Positions 36,701 to 48,400 of a DNA stretch of 64,000 nt are shown piece by piece (position 1 is the stretch's first letter; every line of letters starts with the position of its first letter). Location of the stretch: NCBI GenBank assembly GCA_964016885.1, contig OZ024744.1:134230001-134294000 (forward strand). Direction: 5' to 3'. This DNA comes from Eledone cirrhosa (lineage: Eukaryota). The notes below the pieces were generated by a model, which had not been told where the DNA came from, made no database searches, and saw only the letters and a program-made list of their open reading frames with translations. The position numbers were made by a program, and so were the translations under genes.

Positions 36701-39700
36701 GTTAAGTTAAGTTGGGGTTGAGTTAAGTTGGGGTTAATTTAAGTTGGGGTTAAGTTAAGTTGGGGTTAAGTTAAGTTGGGGTTAAGTTAAGTTGGGGTTA
36801 AGTTAAGTTGGGGTTAAGTTAAGTTGAGGTTAAGTTAAGTTGGGGTTAAGTTAAGTTGGGGCTAGGTTAAGTTGGGGCTGAGTTAAGTTGGGGTTAAGTT
36901 AAGTTGGGGTTAAGTTAAGTTGGGGTTAATTTAAGTTGGGATTTATTTAAGTTGGGGTTACGTTAAGTTGGTGTTAAGTTAAGTTGGGGTTAATTTAAGT
37001 TGGGGTTAATTAAGTTGGGGTTAAGTTAAGTTGGGGTTAAGTTAAGTTGGGGTTAAGTTAAGTTGGGGTTCAGTTAAGTTGGGTATAAGTTAAGTTGGGT
37101 ATAAGTTAAGTTGGGGTTAAGTTAAGTTGGGGTTAAGTTAAGTTGGTGTTAAGTTAAGTTGGGGCTAAGTTAAGTTGGGGCTGAGTTAAGTTGGGGCTGA
37201 GTTAAGTTGGGGTTAAGTTAAGTTGGGGTCAAGTTAAGTTGGGGTTAAGTTGGGGTTAAGTTAAGTTAGGTTTAAGTTAAGATGGGGTTAAGTTAAGTTG
37301 GGGTTAAGTTAAGTTGGGGTTAAGTTAATTTGTGGTTAATTTAAGTTGGGGTTAAGTTAAGTTGGGGTTAAGTTAAGTTGGGGTTAAGTTAAGTCGGGGT
37401 TAAGTTAAGTTGGGGTTAAGTTAAGTTGGGGTTAATTTAAGTTGGGGTTAAGTTAAGTTGGGGTCAAGTTAAGTTGGGGTTAAGTTGGGGTTAAGTTAAG
37501 TTAGGTTTAAGTTAAGTTGGGGTTAAGTTAAGTTGGGGTTAAGTTAAGTTGGGGTTAAGTTAAGTTGGGGTTAAGTTAAGTTGGGGTTAAGTTAATTTGT
37601 GGTTAAGTTAAGTTGGGGTTAAGTTAAGTTGGGGTTAAGTTAAGTTGGGGTTAAGTTAAGTCGGGGTTAAGTTAAGTTGGGGTTAAGTTAAGTTGGGGTT
37701 AATTTAAGTTGGGGTTAAGTTAAGTTGGGGTTAAGTTAAGTTGGGGTTAAATTAAGTTGGGGTTAAGTTAAGTTGGGGTTAAGTCAAGTTGGGGTTAAGT
37801 TAAGTTGGGGATAAGTTAAGTTGGGGATAATTTAAGTTGGGGTTAAGTTAAGTTGGGTTTAAGTTAAGTTGGGGTTAAGTTAAGTTGGGGTTAAGTTAAG
37901 TTGGGGATAAGTTAAGTTGGGGATAATTTAAGTTGGGTTTAAGTTAAGTTGGGGTTAAGTTGAGTTGGGGTTCAGTTAAGTTGGGGTTAAGTTAAGTTGG
38001 GGTTAAGTTAAGTTGGGGTTAAGTTAAGTCGGGGTTAAGTTAAGTTGGGGTTAAGTTAAGTTGGGGTTAAGTTAAGTCGGGGTTAAGTTAAGTTGGGGTT
38101 AAGTTAAGTTGGGGTTAATTTAAGTTGGGGTTAAGTTAAGTTGGGGTTAAGTTAAGTTGGGGTTAAGTTAAGATGGGGTTAATTTAAGTTGGGGTTAAGT
38201 TAAGTTGAGGTTAAGTTAAGTTGGGGTTAAATTAAGTTGGGGTTAAGTTAAGTTGGGGTTAAGTCAAGTTGGGGTTAAGTTAAGTTGGGGATAAGTTAAG
38301 TTGGGGATAATTTAAGTTGGGTTTAAGTTAAGTTGGGGTTAAGTTGAGTTGGGGTTAAGTTAAGTTGGGGTTAAGTTAAGTTGGGGTTAATTTAAGTTGG
38401 GGCTAAGTTAAGTTGGGACTGAGTTAAGTTGGGGTTAAGTTAAGTTGGGGTTAAGTTAAGTTGGGGTTAAGTTAAGTTGGAGTTTATTTAAGTTGGGGTT
38501 AAGTTAAGTTGGGGTTCAGTTAAGTTGGGGTTAAGTTAAGTTGGGGTTAAGATGGGGTTAAATTAAGTTGGGGTTAAGTTAAGTTGGGGTTAAGTTAAGT
38601 TGGGGTTAAGTTAAGTCGGGGTTAAGTTAAGTCGGGGTTAAGTTAAGTTAGGGTTCAGTTAAGTTGGGGTTAAGTTAAGTTGGGGTTGAGTTAAGTTGGG
38701 GTTGAGTTAAATTGGGGTTGAGTTAAGTTGGGGTTGAGTTAAGTTGGTGTTGAGTTAAGTTGGGGTTAAGTTAAGTTGGGGTTAAGTTAATTTGTGGTTA
38801 AGTTAAGTTGGGGTTAAGTTAAGTTGGGGTTAAGTTAAGTTGGGGTTAAGTTAAGTCGGGGTTAAGTTAATTTGGGGTTGAGTTAAGTTGGGGTTAATTT
38901 AAGTTGGGGTTAAGTTAAGTTGGGGTTAAGTTAAGTTGGGGTTAAGTTAAGTTGGGGTTAAGTTAAGTTGGGCTTAAGTTAAGTTGAGGTTAAGTTAAGT
39001 TGGGGTTAAATTAAGTTGGGGTTAAGTTAAGTTGGGGTTAAGTTAAGTTGGGGTTAAGTTAAGTTGGGGATAAGTTAAGTTGGGGTTAAGTTAAGTTGGG
39101 GTTAAGTTAAGTTGGGGTTAAGTTAAGTTGGGGTTAAGTTAAGTCGGGGTTTAGTTAAGTTGGGGTTAAGTTAAGTTGGGGTTAACTTAAGTTGGGGTTA
39201 AGTTAAGTTGGGGTCAAGTTAAGTTGGGGTTAAGTTGGGGTTAAGTTAAGTTAGGTTTAAGTTAAGTTGGGGTTAAGTTAAGTTGGGGTTAAGTTAAGTT
39301 GGGGTTAAGTTAAGCTGGGGTTAAGTTAATTTGTGGTTAAGTTAAGTTGGGGTTAAGTTAAGTTGGGGTTAAGTTAAGTTGGGGTTAAGTTAAGTCGGAG
39401 TTAATTTAAGTTGGGGTTAAGTTAAGTTGGGGTTAATTTAAGTTGGGGTTAAGTTAAGTTGGGGTTAAGTTAAGTTGGGGTTAAATTAAGTTGGGGTTAA
39501 GTTAAGTTGGGGTTAAGTCAAGTTGGGGTTAAGTTAAGTTGGGGATAAGTTAAGTTGGGGATAATTTAAGTTGGGGTTAAGTTAAGTTGGGTTTAAGTTA
39601 AGTTGGGGTTAAGTTAAGTTGGGGTTAAGTTAAGTTGGGGTTAAGTTAAGTTGGGGTTAAGTTAAGTTGGGGCTGAGTTAAGTTGGGGTTAAGTTAAGTT

Positions 39701-42700
39701 GGGCTTAATTTAAGTCGGGGTTAAGTTAAGTTAGGGTTCAGTTAAGTTGGGGTTAAGTTAAGTTGGGGTTGAGTTAAGTTGGGGTTGAGTTAAATTGGGG
39801 TTGAGTTAAGTTGGGGTTGAGTTAAGTTGGTGTTGAGTTAAGTTGGGGTTAAGTTAAGTTGGGGTTAAGTTAAGTTGCAGTTAAGTTAAGTTGAGGTTAA
39901 GTTAAGGTGCGGTTAAGTTAAGTTGGGGTTAAGTTAAGTTGGGGCTAAGTTAAGTTGGGGCTAAGTTAAGTTGGTGCTAAGTTAAGTTGGGGTTAAGTTA
40001 AGTTGGGGTTAAGTTAAGTTGGGGTTAATTTAAGTTGGGGTTAAGTTAAGTTGGGGTTAAGTTAAGTTGGGGTTAAGTTAAGTTGGGGTTAAGTTAAGTC
40101 GGGGTTAAGTTAAGTCGGGGTTAAGTTAAGTTAGGGTTCAGTTAAGTTGGGGTTAAGTTAAGTTGGGGTTGAGTTAAGTTGGTGTTGAGTTAAGTTGTGG
40201 TTAAGTTAAGTTGGGGTTAAGTTAATTTGTGGTTAAGTTAAGTTGGGGTTAAGTTAAGTTGGGGTTAAGTTAAGTTGGGGTTAAGTTAAGTCGGGGTTAA
40301 GTTAAGTTGGGGTTGAGTTAAGTTGGGGTTAATTTAAGTTGGGGTTAAGTTAAGTTGGGGTTAAGTTAAGTTGGGGTTAAGTTAAGTTGGGGTTAAGTTA
40401 AGTTGGGGTTAAGTTAAGTTGAGGTTAAGTTAAGTTGGGGTTAAATTAAGTTGGGGTTAAGTTAAGTTGGGGTTAAGTTAAGTTGGGGTTAAGTTAAGTT
40501 GGGGATAAGTTAAGTTGGGGATAATTTAAGTTGGGGTTAAGTTAAGTTGGGTTTAAGTTAAGTTGGGGTTAAGTTAAGTTGGGGTTAAGTTAATTTGTGG
40601 TTAAGTTAAGTTGGGGTTAAGTTAAGTTGGGGTTAAGTTAAGTTGGGGTTAAGTTAAGTCGGGGTTAAGTTAAGTTGGGGTTGAGTTAAGTTGGGGTTAA
40701 TTTAAGTTGGGGTTAAGTTAAGTTGGGGTTAAGTTAAGTTGGGGTTAAGTTAAGTTGGGGTTAAGTTAAGTTGGGGTTAAGTTAAGTTGAGGTTAAGTTA
40801 AGTTGGGGTTAAATTAAGTTGGGGTTAAGTTAAGTTGGGGTTAAGTTAAGTTGGGGTTAAGTTAAGTTGGGGATAAGTTAAGTTGGGGATAATTTAAGTT
40901 GGGGTTAAGTTAAGTTGGGTTTAAGTTAAGTTGGGGTTAAGTTAAGTTGGGGATAAGTTAAGTTGGGGTTAAGTTAAGTTGGGGTTAAGTTAAGTTGGGG
41001 TTAAGTTGGGGCTAAGTTAAGTTGGGGCTGAGTTAAGTTGGGGTTAAGTTAAGTTGGGGTTAAGTTAAGTTGGGGTTAATTTAAGTTGGGGTTTATTTAA
41101 GTTGGGGTTACGTTAAGTTGGTGTTAAGTTAAGTTGGGGTTAATTTAAGTTGGGGTTAATTAAGTTGGGGTTAAGTTAAGTTGGGGTTAAGTTAAATTGG
41201 GGTTAATTTAAGTTGGGGTTGAGTTAAGTTGGGGTTAAGTTAAGTTGGGGTTATATTAAGTTGGGGTTAAGTTAAGTTGGGGTTCAGTTAAGTTGGGTAT
41301 AAGTTAAGTTGGGGTTAAGTTAAGTTGGGGTTAAGTTAAGTTGGGGTTAAGTTAAGTTGGTGTTAAGTTAAGTTGGGGCTGAGTTAAGTTGGGGCTGAGT
41401 TAAGTTGGGGCTGAGTTAAGTTGGGGTTAAGTTAAGTTGGGGTCAAGTTAAGTTGGGGTTAAGTTGGGGTTAAGTTAAGTTAGGTTTAAGTTAAGATGGG
41501 GTTAAGTTAAGTTGGGGTTAAGTTAAGTTGGGGTTAAGTTAATTTGTGGTTAAGTTAAGTTGGGGTTAAGTTAAGTTGGGGTTAAGTTAAGTTGGGGTTA
41601 AGTTAAGTCGGGGTTAAGTTAAGTTGGGGTTAAGTTAAGTTGGGGTTAATTTAAGTTGGGGTTAAGTTAAGTTGGGGTCAAGTTAAGTTGGGGTTAAGTT
41701 GGGGTTAAGTTAAGTTAGGTTTAAGTTAAGTTGGGGTTAAGTTAAGTTGGGGTTAAGTTAAGTTGGGGTTAAGTTAAGTTGGGGTTAAGTTAAGTTGGGG
41801 TTAAGTTAATTTGTGGTTAAGTTAAGTTGGGGTTAAGTTAAGTTGGGGTTAAGTTAAGTTGGGGTTAAGTTAAGTCGGGGTTAAGTTAAGTTGGGGTTAA
41901 GTTAAGTTGGGGTTAATTTAAGTTGGGGTTAAGTTAAGTTGGGGTTAAGTTAAGTTGGGGTTAAATTAAGTTGGGGTTAAGTTAAGTTGGGGTTAAGTCA
42001 AGTTGGGGTTAAGTTAAGTTGGGGATAAGTTAAGTTGGGGATAATTTAAGTTGGGGTTAAGTTAAGTTGGGTTTAAGTTAAGTTGGGGTTAATTTAAGTT
42101 GGGGTTAAGTTAAGTTGGGGTTAAGTTAAGTTGGGGTTAAGTTAAGTTGGGGTTAAGTTAAGTTGGGGCTAAGTTAAGTTGGGGCTGAGTTAAGTTGGGG
42201 TTAAGTAAAGTTGGGCTTAATTTAAGTCGGGGTTAAGTTAAGTTAGGGTTCAGTTAAGTTGGGGTCAAGTTAAGTTGGGGTTAAGTTAAGTTGGGGTTAA
42301 GTTAAGTCGGGGTTAGGTTAAGTTGGGGTTAAGTTAAGTTGGGGTTAAGTTAAGTCGGGGTTAAGTTAAGTTGGGGTTAAGTTAAGTTGGGGTTAATTTA
42401 AGTTGGGGTTAAGTTAAGTTGGGGTTAAGTTAAGTTGGGGTTAAGTTAAGATGGGGTTAATTTAAGTTGGGGTTAAGTTAAGTTGAGGTTAAGTTAAGTT
42501 GGGGTTAAATTAAGTTGGGGTTAAGTTAAGTTGGGGTTAAGTCAAGTTGGGGTTAAGTTAAGTTGGGGATAAGTTAAGTTGGGGATAATTTAAGTTGGGT
42601 TTAAGTTAAGTTGGGGTTAAGTTGAGTTGGGGTTAAGTTAAGTTGGGGTTAAGTTAAGTTAGGGTTAATTTAAGTTGGGGCTAAGTTAAGTTGGGACTGA

Positions 42701-45415
42701 GTTAAGTTGGGGTTAAGTTAAGTTGGGGTTAAGTTAAGTTGGGGTTAAGTTAAGTTGGAGTTTATTTAAGTTGGGGTTAAGTTAAGTTGGGGTTAAGATG
42801 GGGTTAAATTAAGTTGGGGTTAAGTTAAGTTGGGGTTAAGTTAAGTTGGGGTTAAGTTAAGTTGGGGTTAAGTTAAGTCGGGGTTAAGTTAAGTCGGGGT
42901 TAAGTTAAGTTAGGGTTCAGTTAAGTTGGGGTTAAGTTAAGTTGGGGTTAAGTTAAGTTGGGGTTGAGTTAAATTGGGGTTGAGTTAAGTTGGGGTTGAG
43001 ATAAGTTGGTGTTGAGTTAAGTTGGGGTTAAGTTAAGTTGGGGTTAAGTTAATTTGTGGTTAAGTTAAGTTGGGGTTAAGTTAAGTTGGGGTTAAGTTAA
43101 GTTGGGGTTAAGTTAAGTCGGGGTTAAGTTAAGTTGGGGTTGAGTTAAGTTGGGGTTAATTTAAGTTGGGGTTAAGTTAAGTTGGGGTTAAGTTAAGTTG
43201 GGGTTAAGTTAAGTTGGGGTTAAGTTAAGTTGGGGTTAAGTTAAGTTGAGGTTAAGTTAAGTTGGGGTTAAATTAAGTTGGGGTTAAGTTAAGTTGGGGT
43301 TAAGTTAAGTTGGGGTTAAGTTAAGTTCGGGATAAGTTAAGTTGGGGTTAAGTTAAGTTGGGGTTAAGTTAAGTTGGGGTTAAGTTAAGTTGGGGCTAAG
43401 TTAAGTTGGGGCTGAGTTAAGTTGGGGTTAAGTTAAGTTGGGGTTAAGTTAAGTTGGGGTTAATTTAAGTTGGGGTTTATTTAAGTTGGGGTTACGTTAA
43501 GTTGGTGTTAAGTTAAGTTGGGGTTAATTTAAGTTGGGGTTAATTAAGTTGGGGTTAAGTTAAGTTGGGGTTAAGTTAAGTTGGGGTTAATTTAAGTTGG
43601 GGTCGAGTTAAGTTGGGGTTAAGTTAAGTTGGAGTTATATTAAGTTGGGGTTAAGTTAAGTTGGGGTTCAGTTAAGTTGGGTATAAGTTAAGTTGGGGTT
43701 AAGTTAAGTTGGGGTTAAGTTAAGTTGGGGTTAAGTTAAGTTGGTGTTAAGTTAAGTTGGGGCTAAGTTAAGTTGGGGCTGAGTTAAGTTGGGGCTGAGT
43801 TAAGTTGGGGTTAAGTTAAGTTGGGGTCAAGTTAAGTTGGGGTTAAGTTGGGGTTAAGTTAAGTTAGGTTTAAGTTAAGATGGGGTTAAGTTAAGTTGGG
43901 GTTAAGTTAAGTTGGGGTTAAGTTAAGTCGGGGTTAAGTTAAGTTGGGGTTAAGTTAAGTTGGGGTTAATTTAAGTTGGGGTTAAGTTAAGTTGGGGTCA
44001 AGTTAAGTTGGGGTTAAGTTGGGGTTAAGTTAATTTGTGGTTAAGTTAAGTTGGGGTTAAGTTGGGGTTAAGTTAAGTTAGGTTTAAGTTAAGTTGGGGT
44101 TAAGTTAAGTTGGGGTTAAGTTAATTTGTGGTTAAGTTAAGTTGGGGTTAAGTTGGGGTTAAGTTAAGTTAGGTTTAAGTTAAGTTGGGGTCAAGTTAAG
44201 TTGGGGTTAAGTTGGGGTTAAGTTAAGTTAGGTTTAAGTTAAGTTGGGGTTAAGTTAAGTTGGGGTTAAGTTAAGTTGGGGTTAAGTTAATTTGGGGTTA
44301 AGTTAATTTGTGGTTAAGTTAAGTTGGGGTTAAGTTAAGTTGGGGTTAAGTTAAGTTGGGGTTAAGTTAAGTCGGGGTTAAGTTAAGTTGGGGTTAAGTT
44401 AAGTTGGGGTTAATTTAAGTTGGGGTTAAGTTAAGTTGGGGTTAAGTTAAGTTGGGGTTAAATTAAGTTGGGGTTAAGTTAAGTTGGGGTTAAGTCAAGT
44501 TGGGGTTAAGTTAAGTTGGGGATAAGTTAAGTTGGGGATAATTTAAGTTGGGGTTAAGTTAAGTTGGGTTTAAGTTAAGTTGGGGTTAAGTTAAGTTGGG
44601 GTTAAGTTAAATTGGGGTTAAGTTAAGTTGGGGTTAAGTTAAGTTGGGGTTAAGTTAAGTTGGGGCTAAGTAAAGTTGGGGCTGAGTTAAGTTGGGGTTA
44701 AGTTAAGTTGGGCTTAATTTAAGTCGGGGTTAAGTTAAGTTAGGGTTCAGTTAAGTTGGGGTTAAGTTAAGTTTGGGTTAAGTTAAGTTGGGGTTAAGTT
44801 AAGTCGGGGTTAAGTTAAGTTGGGGTTAAGTTAAGTTGGGGTTAAGTTAAGTCGGGGTTAAGTTAAGTTGGGGTTAAGTTAAGTTGGGATTAATTTAAGT
44901 TGGGGTTAAGTTAAGTTGGGGTTAAGTTAAGTTGGAGTTAAGTTAAGATGGGGTTAATTTAAGTTGGGGTTAAGTTAAGTTGAGGTTAAGTTAAGTTGGG
45001 GTTAACTTAAGTTGGGGTTAAGTTAAGTTGGGGTTAAGTTAAGTTAGGTTTAAGTTAAGATGGGGTTAAGTTAAGTTGGGGTTAAGTTAAGTTGGGGTTA
45101 AGTTAAGTCGGGGTTAAGTTAAGTTGGGGTTAATTTAAGTTGGGGTTAAGTTAAGTTGGGGTCAAGTTAAGTTGGGGTTAAGTTGGGGTTAAGTTAATTT
45201 GTGGTTAAGTTAAGTTGGGGTTAAGTTGGGGTTAAGTTAAGTTAGGTTTAAGTTAAGTTGGGGTTAAGTTAAGTTGGGGTTAAGTTAATTTGTGGTTAAG
45301 TTAAGTTGGGGTTAAGTTGGGGTTAAGTTAAGTTAGGTTTAAGTTAAGTTGGGGTCAAGTTAAGTTGGGGTTAAGTTAAGTTAGGTTTAAGTTAAGTTGG
45401 GGTTAAGTTAAGTTG

Positions 45416-48400
45416 GGGTTAAGTTAAGTTGGGGTTAAGTTAAGTTGGGGTTAAGTTAATTTGTGGTTAAGTTAAGTTGGGGTTAAGTTAAGTTGGGGTT
45501 AAGTTAAGTTGGGGTTAAGTTAAGTCGGGGTTAAGTTAAGTTGGGGTTAAGTTAAGTTGGGGTTAATTTAAGTTGGGGTTAAGTTAAGTTGGGGTTAAGT
45601 TAAGTTGGGGTTAAATTAAGTTGGGGTTAAGTTAAGTTGGGGTTAAGTCAAGTTGGGGTTAAGTTAAGTTGGGGATAAGTTAAGTTGGGGATAATTTAAG
45701 TTGGGGTTAAGTTAAGTTGGGTTTAAGTTAAGTTGGGGTTAAGTTAAGTTGGGGTTAAGTTAAGTTGGGGTTAAGTTAAGTAGGGGTTAAGTTAAGTCGG
45801 GGTTAAGTTAAGTTGGGGTTAAGTTAAGTTGGGGTTAAGTTAAGTCGGGGTTAAGTTAAGTTGGGGTTAAGTTAAGTTGGGGTTAATTTAAGTTGGGGTT
45901 AAGTTAAGTTGGGGTTAAGTTAAGTTGGGGTTAAGTTAAGATGGGGTTAATTTAAGTTGGGGTTAAGTTAAGTTGAGGTTAAGTTAAGTTGGGGTTAAAT
46001 TAAGTTGGGGTTAAGTTAAGTTGGGGTTAAGTCAAGTTGGGGTTAAGTTAAGTTGGGGTTAATTTAAGTTGGGGCTAACTTAAGTTGGGACTGAGTTAAG
46101 TTGGGGTTAAGTTAAGTTGGGGTTAAGTTAAGTTGGGGTTAAGTTAAGTTGGAGTTTATTTAAGTTGGGGTTAAGTTAAGTTGGGGTTCAGTTAAGTTGG
46201 GGTTAAGTTAAGTTGGGGTTAAGATGGGGTTAAATTAAGTTGGGGTTAAGTTAAGTTGGGGTTAATTTAAGTTGGGGTTAAGTTAAGTTGGGGTTAAGTT
46301 AAGTCGGGGTTAAGTTAAGTCGGGGTTAAGTTAAGTTAGGGTTCAGTTAAGTTGGGGTTAAGTTAAGTTGGGGTTGAGTTAAGTTGGGGTTGAGTTAAAT
46401 TGGGGTTGAGTTAAGTTGGGGTTGAGTTAAGTTGGTGTTGAGTTAAGTTGGGGTTAAGTTAAGTTGGGGTTAAGTTAATTTGTGGTTAAGTTAAGTTGGG
46501 GTTAAGTTAAGTTGGGGTTAAGTTAAGTTGGGGGTAAGTTAAGTCGGGGTTAAGTTAAGTTGGGGTTGAGTTAAGTTGGGGTTAATTTAAGTTGGGGTTA
46601 AGTTAAGTTGGGGTTAAGTTAAGTTGGGGTTAAGTTAAGTTGGGGTTAAGTTAAGTTGGGGTTAAGTTAAGTTGAGGTTAAGTTAAGTTGGGGTTAAATT
46701 AAGTTGGGGTTAAGTTAAGTTGGAGTTAAGTTAAGTTGGGGTTAAGTTAAGTTGGGGATAAGTTAAGTTGGGGATAATTTAAGTTGGGGTTAAGTTAAGT
46801 TGGGTTTAAGTTAAGTTGGGGTTAAGTTAAGTTGGGGATAAGTTAAGTTGGGGTTAAGTTAAGTTGGGGTTAAGTTAAGTTGGGGTTAAGTTAAGTTGGG
46901 GCTAAGTTAAGTTGGGGCTGAGTTAAGTTGGGGTTAAGTTAAGTTGGGGTTAAGTTAAGTTGGGGTTAATTTAAGTTGGGGTTTATTTAAGTTGGGGTTA
47001 AGTTAAGTTGGGGTTAAGATGGGGTTAAATTAAGTTGGGGTTAAGTTAAGTTGGGGTTAATTTAAGTTGGGGTTAAGTTAAGTTGGGGTTAAGTTAAGTC
47101 GGGGTTAAGTTAAGTCGGGGTTAAGTTAAGTTAGGGTTCAGTTAAGTTGGGGTTAAGTTAAGTTGGGGTTGAGTTAAGTTGGGGTTGAGTTAAATTGGGG
47201 TTGAGTTAAGTTGGGGTTGAGTTAAGTTGGTGTTGAGTTAAGTTGGGGTTAAGTTAAGTTGGGGTTAAGTTAATTTGTGGTTAAGTTAAGTTGGGGTTAA
47301 GTTAAGTTGGGGTTAAGTTAAGTTGGGGGTAAGTTAAGTCGGGGTTAAGTTAAGTTGGGGTTGAGTTAAGTTGGGGTTAATTTAAGTTGGGGTTAAGTTA
47401 AGTTGGGGTTAAGTTAAGTTGGAGTTAAGTTAAGTTGGGGTTAAGTTAAGTTGGGGATAAGTTAAGTTGGGGATAATTTAAGTTGGGGTTAAGTTAAGTT
47501 GGGTTTAAGTTAAGTTGGGGTTAAGTTAAGTTGGGGATAAGTTAAGTTGGGGTTAAGTTAAGTTGGGGTTAAGTTAAGTTGGGGTTAAGTTAAGTTGGGG
47601 CTAAGTTAAGTTGGGGCTGAGTTAAGTTGGGGTTAAGTTAAGTTGGGGTTAAGTTAAGTTGGGGTTAATTTAAGTTGGGGTTTATTTAAGTTGGGGTTAC
47701 GTTAAGTTGGTGTTAAGTTAAGTTGGGGTTAATTTAAGTTGGGGTTAATTAAGTTGGGGTTAAGTTAAGTTGGGGTTAAGTTAAGTTGGGGTTAAGTTAA
47801 GTTGGGGTTAAGTTAAGTTGGGGTTAATTTAAGTTGGGGTTAAGTTAAGTTGGGGTTAAGTTAAGTTGAGGTTAAGTTAAGTTGGGGTTAAATTAAGTTG
47901 GGGTTAAGTTAAGTTGGGGTTAAGTTAAGTTGGGGTTAAGTTAAGTTGGGGATAAGTTAAGTTGGGGATAATTTAAGTTGGGGTTAAGTTAAGTTGGGGT
48001 TAAATTAAGTTGGGGTTAAGTTAAGTTGGGGTTAAGTTAAGTTGGGGTTAAGTTAAGTTGGGGATAAGTTAAGTTGGGGATAATTTAAGTTGGGGTTAAG
48101 TTAAGTTGGGTTTAAGTTAAGTTGGGGTTAAGTTAAGTTGAGGATAAGTTAAGTTGGGGTTAAGTTAAGTTGGGGTTAAGTTAAGTTGGGGTTAAGTTAA
48201 GTTGGGGCTAAGTTAAGTTGGGGATAAGTTAAGTTGGGGTTAAGTTAAGTTGAGGTTAAGTTAAGTTGGGGTTAAATTAAGTTGGGGTTAAGTTAAGTTG
48301 GGGTTAAGTTAAGTTGGGGTTACGTTAAGTTGGGGATAAGTTAAGTTGGGGATAATTTAAGTTGGGGTTAAGTTAAGTTGGGTTTAAGTTAAGTTGGGGT

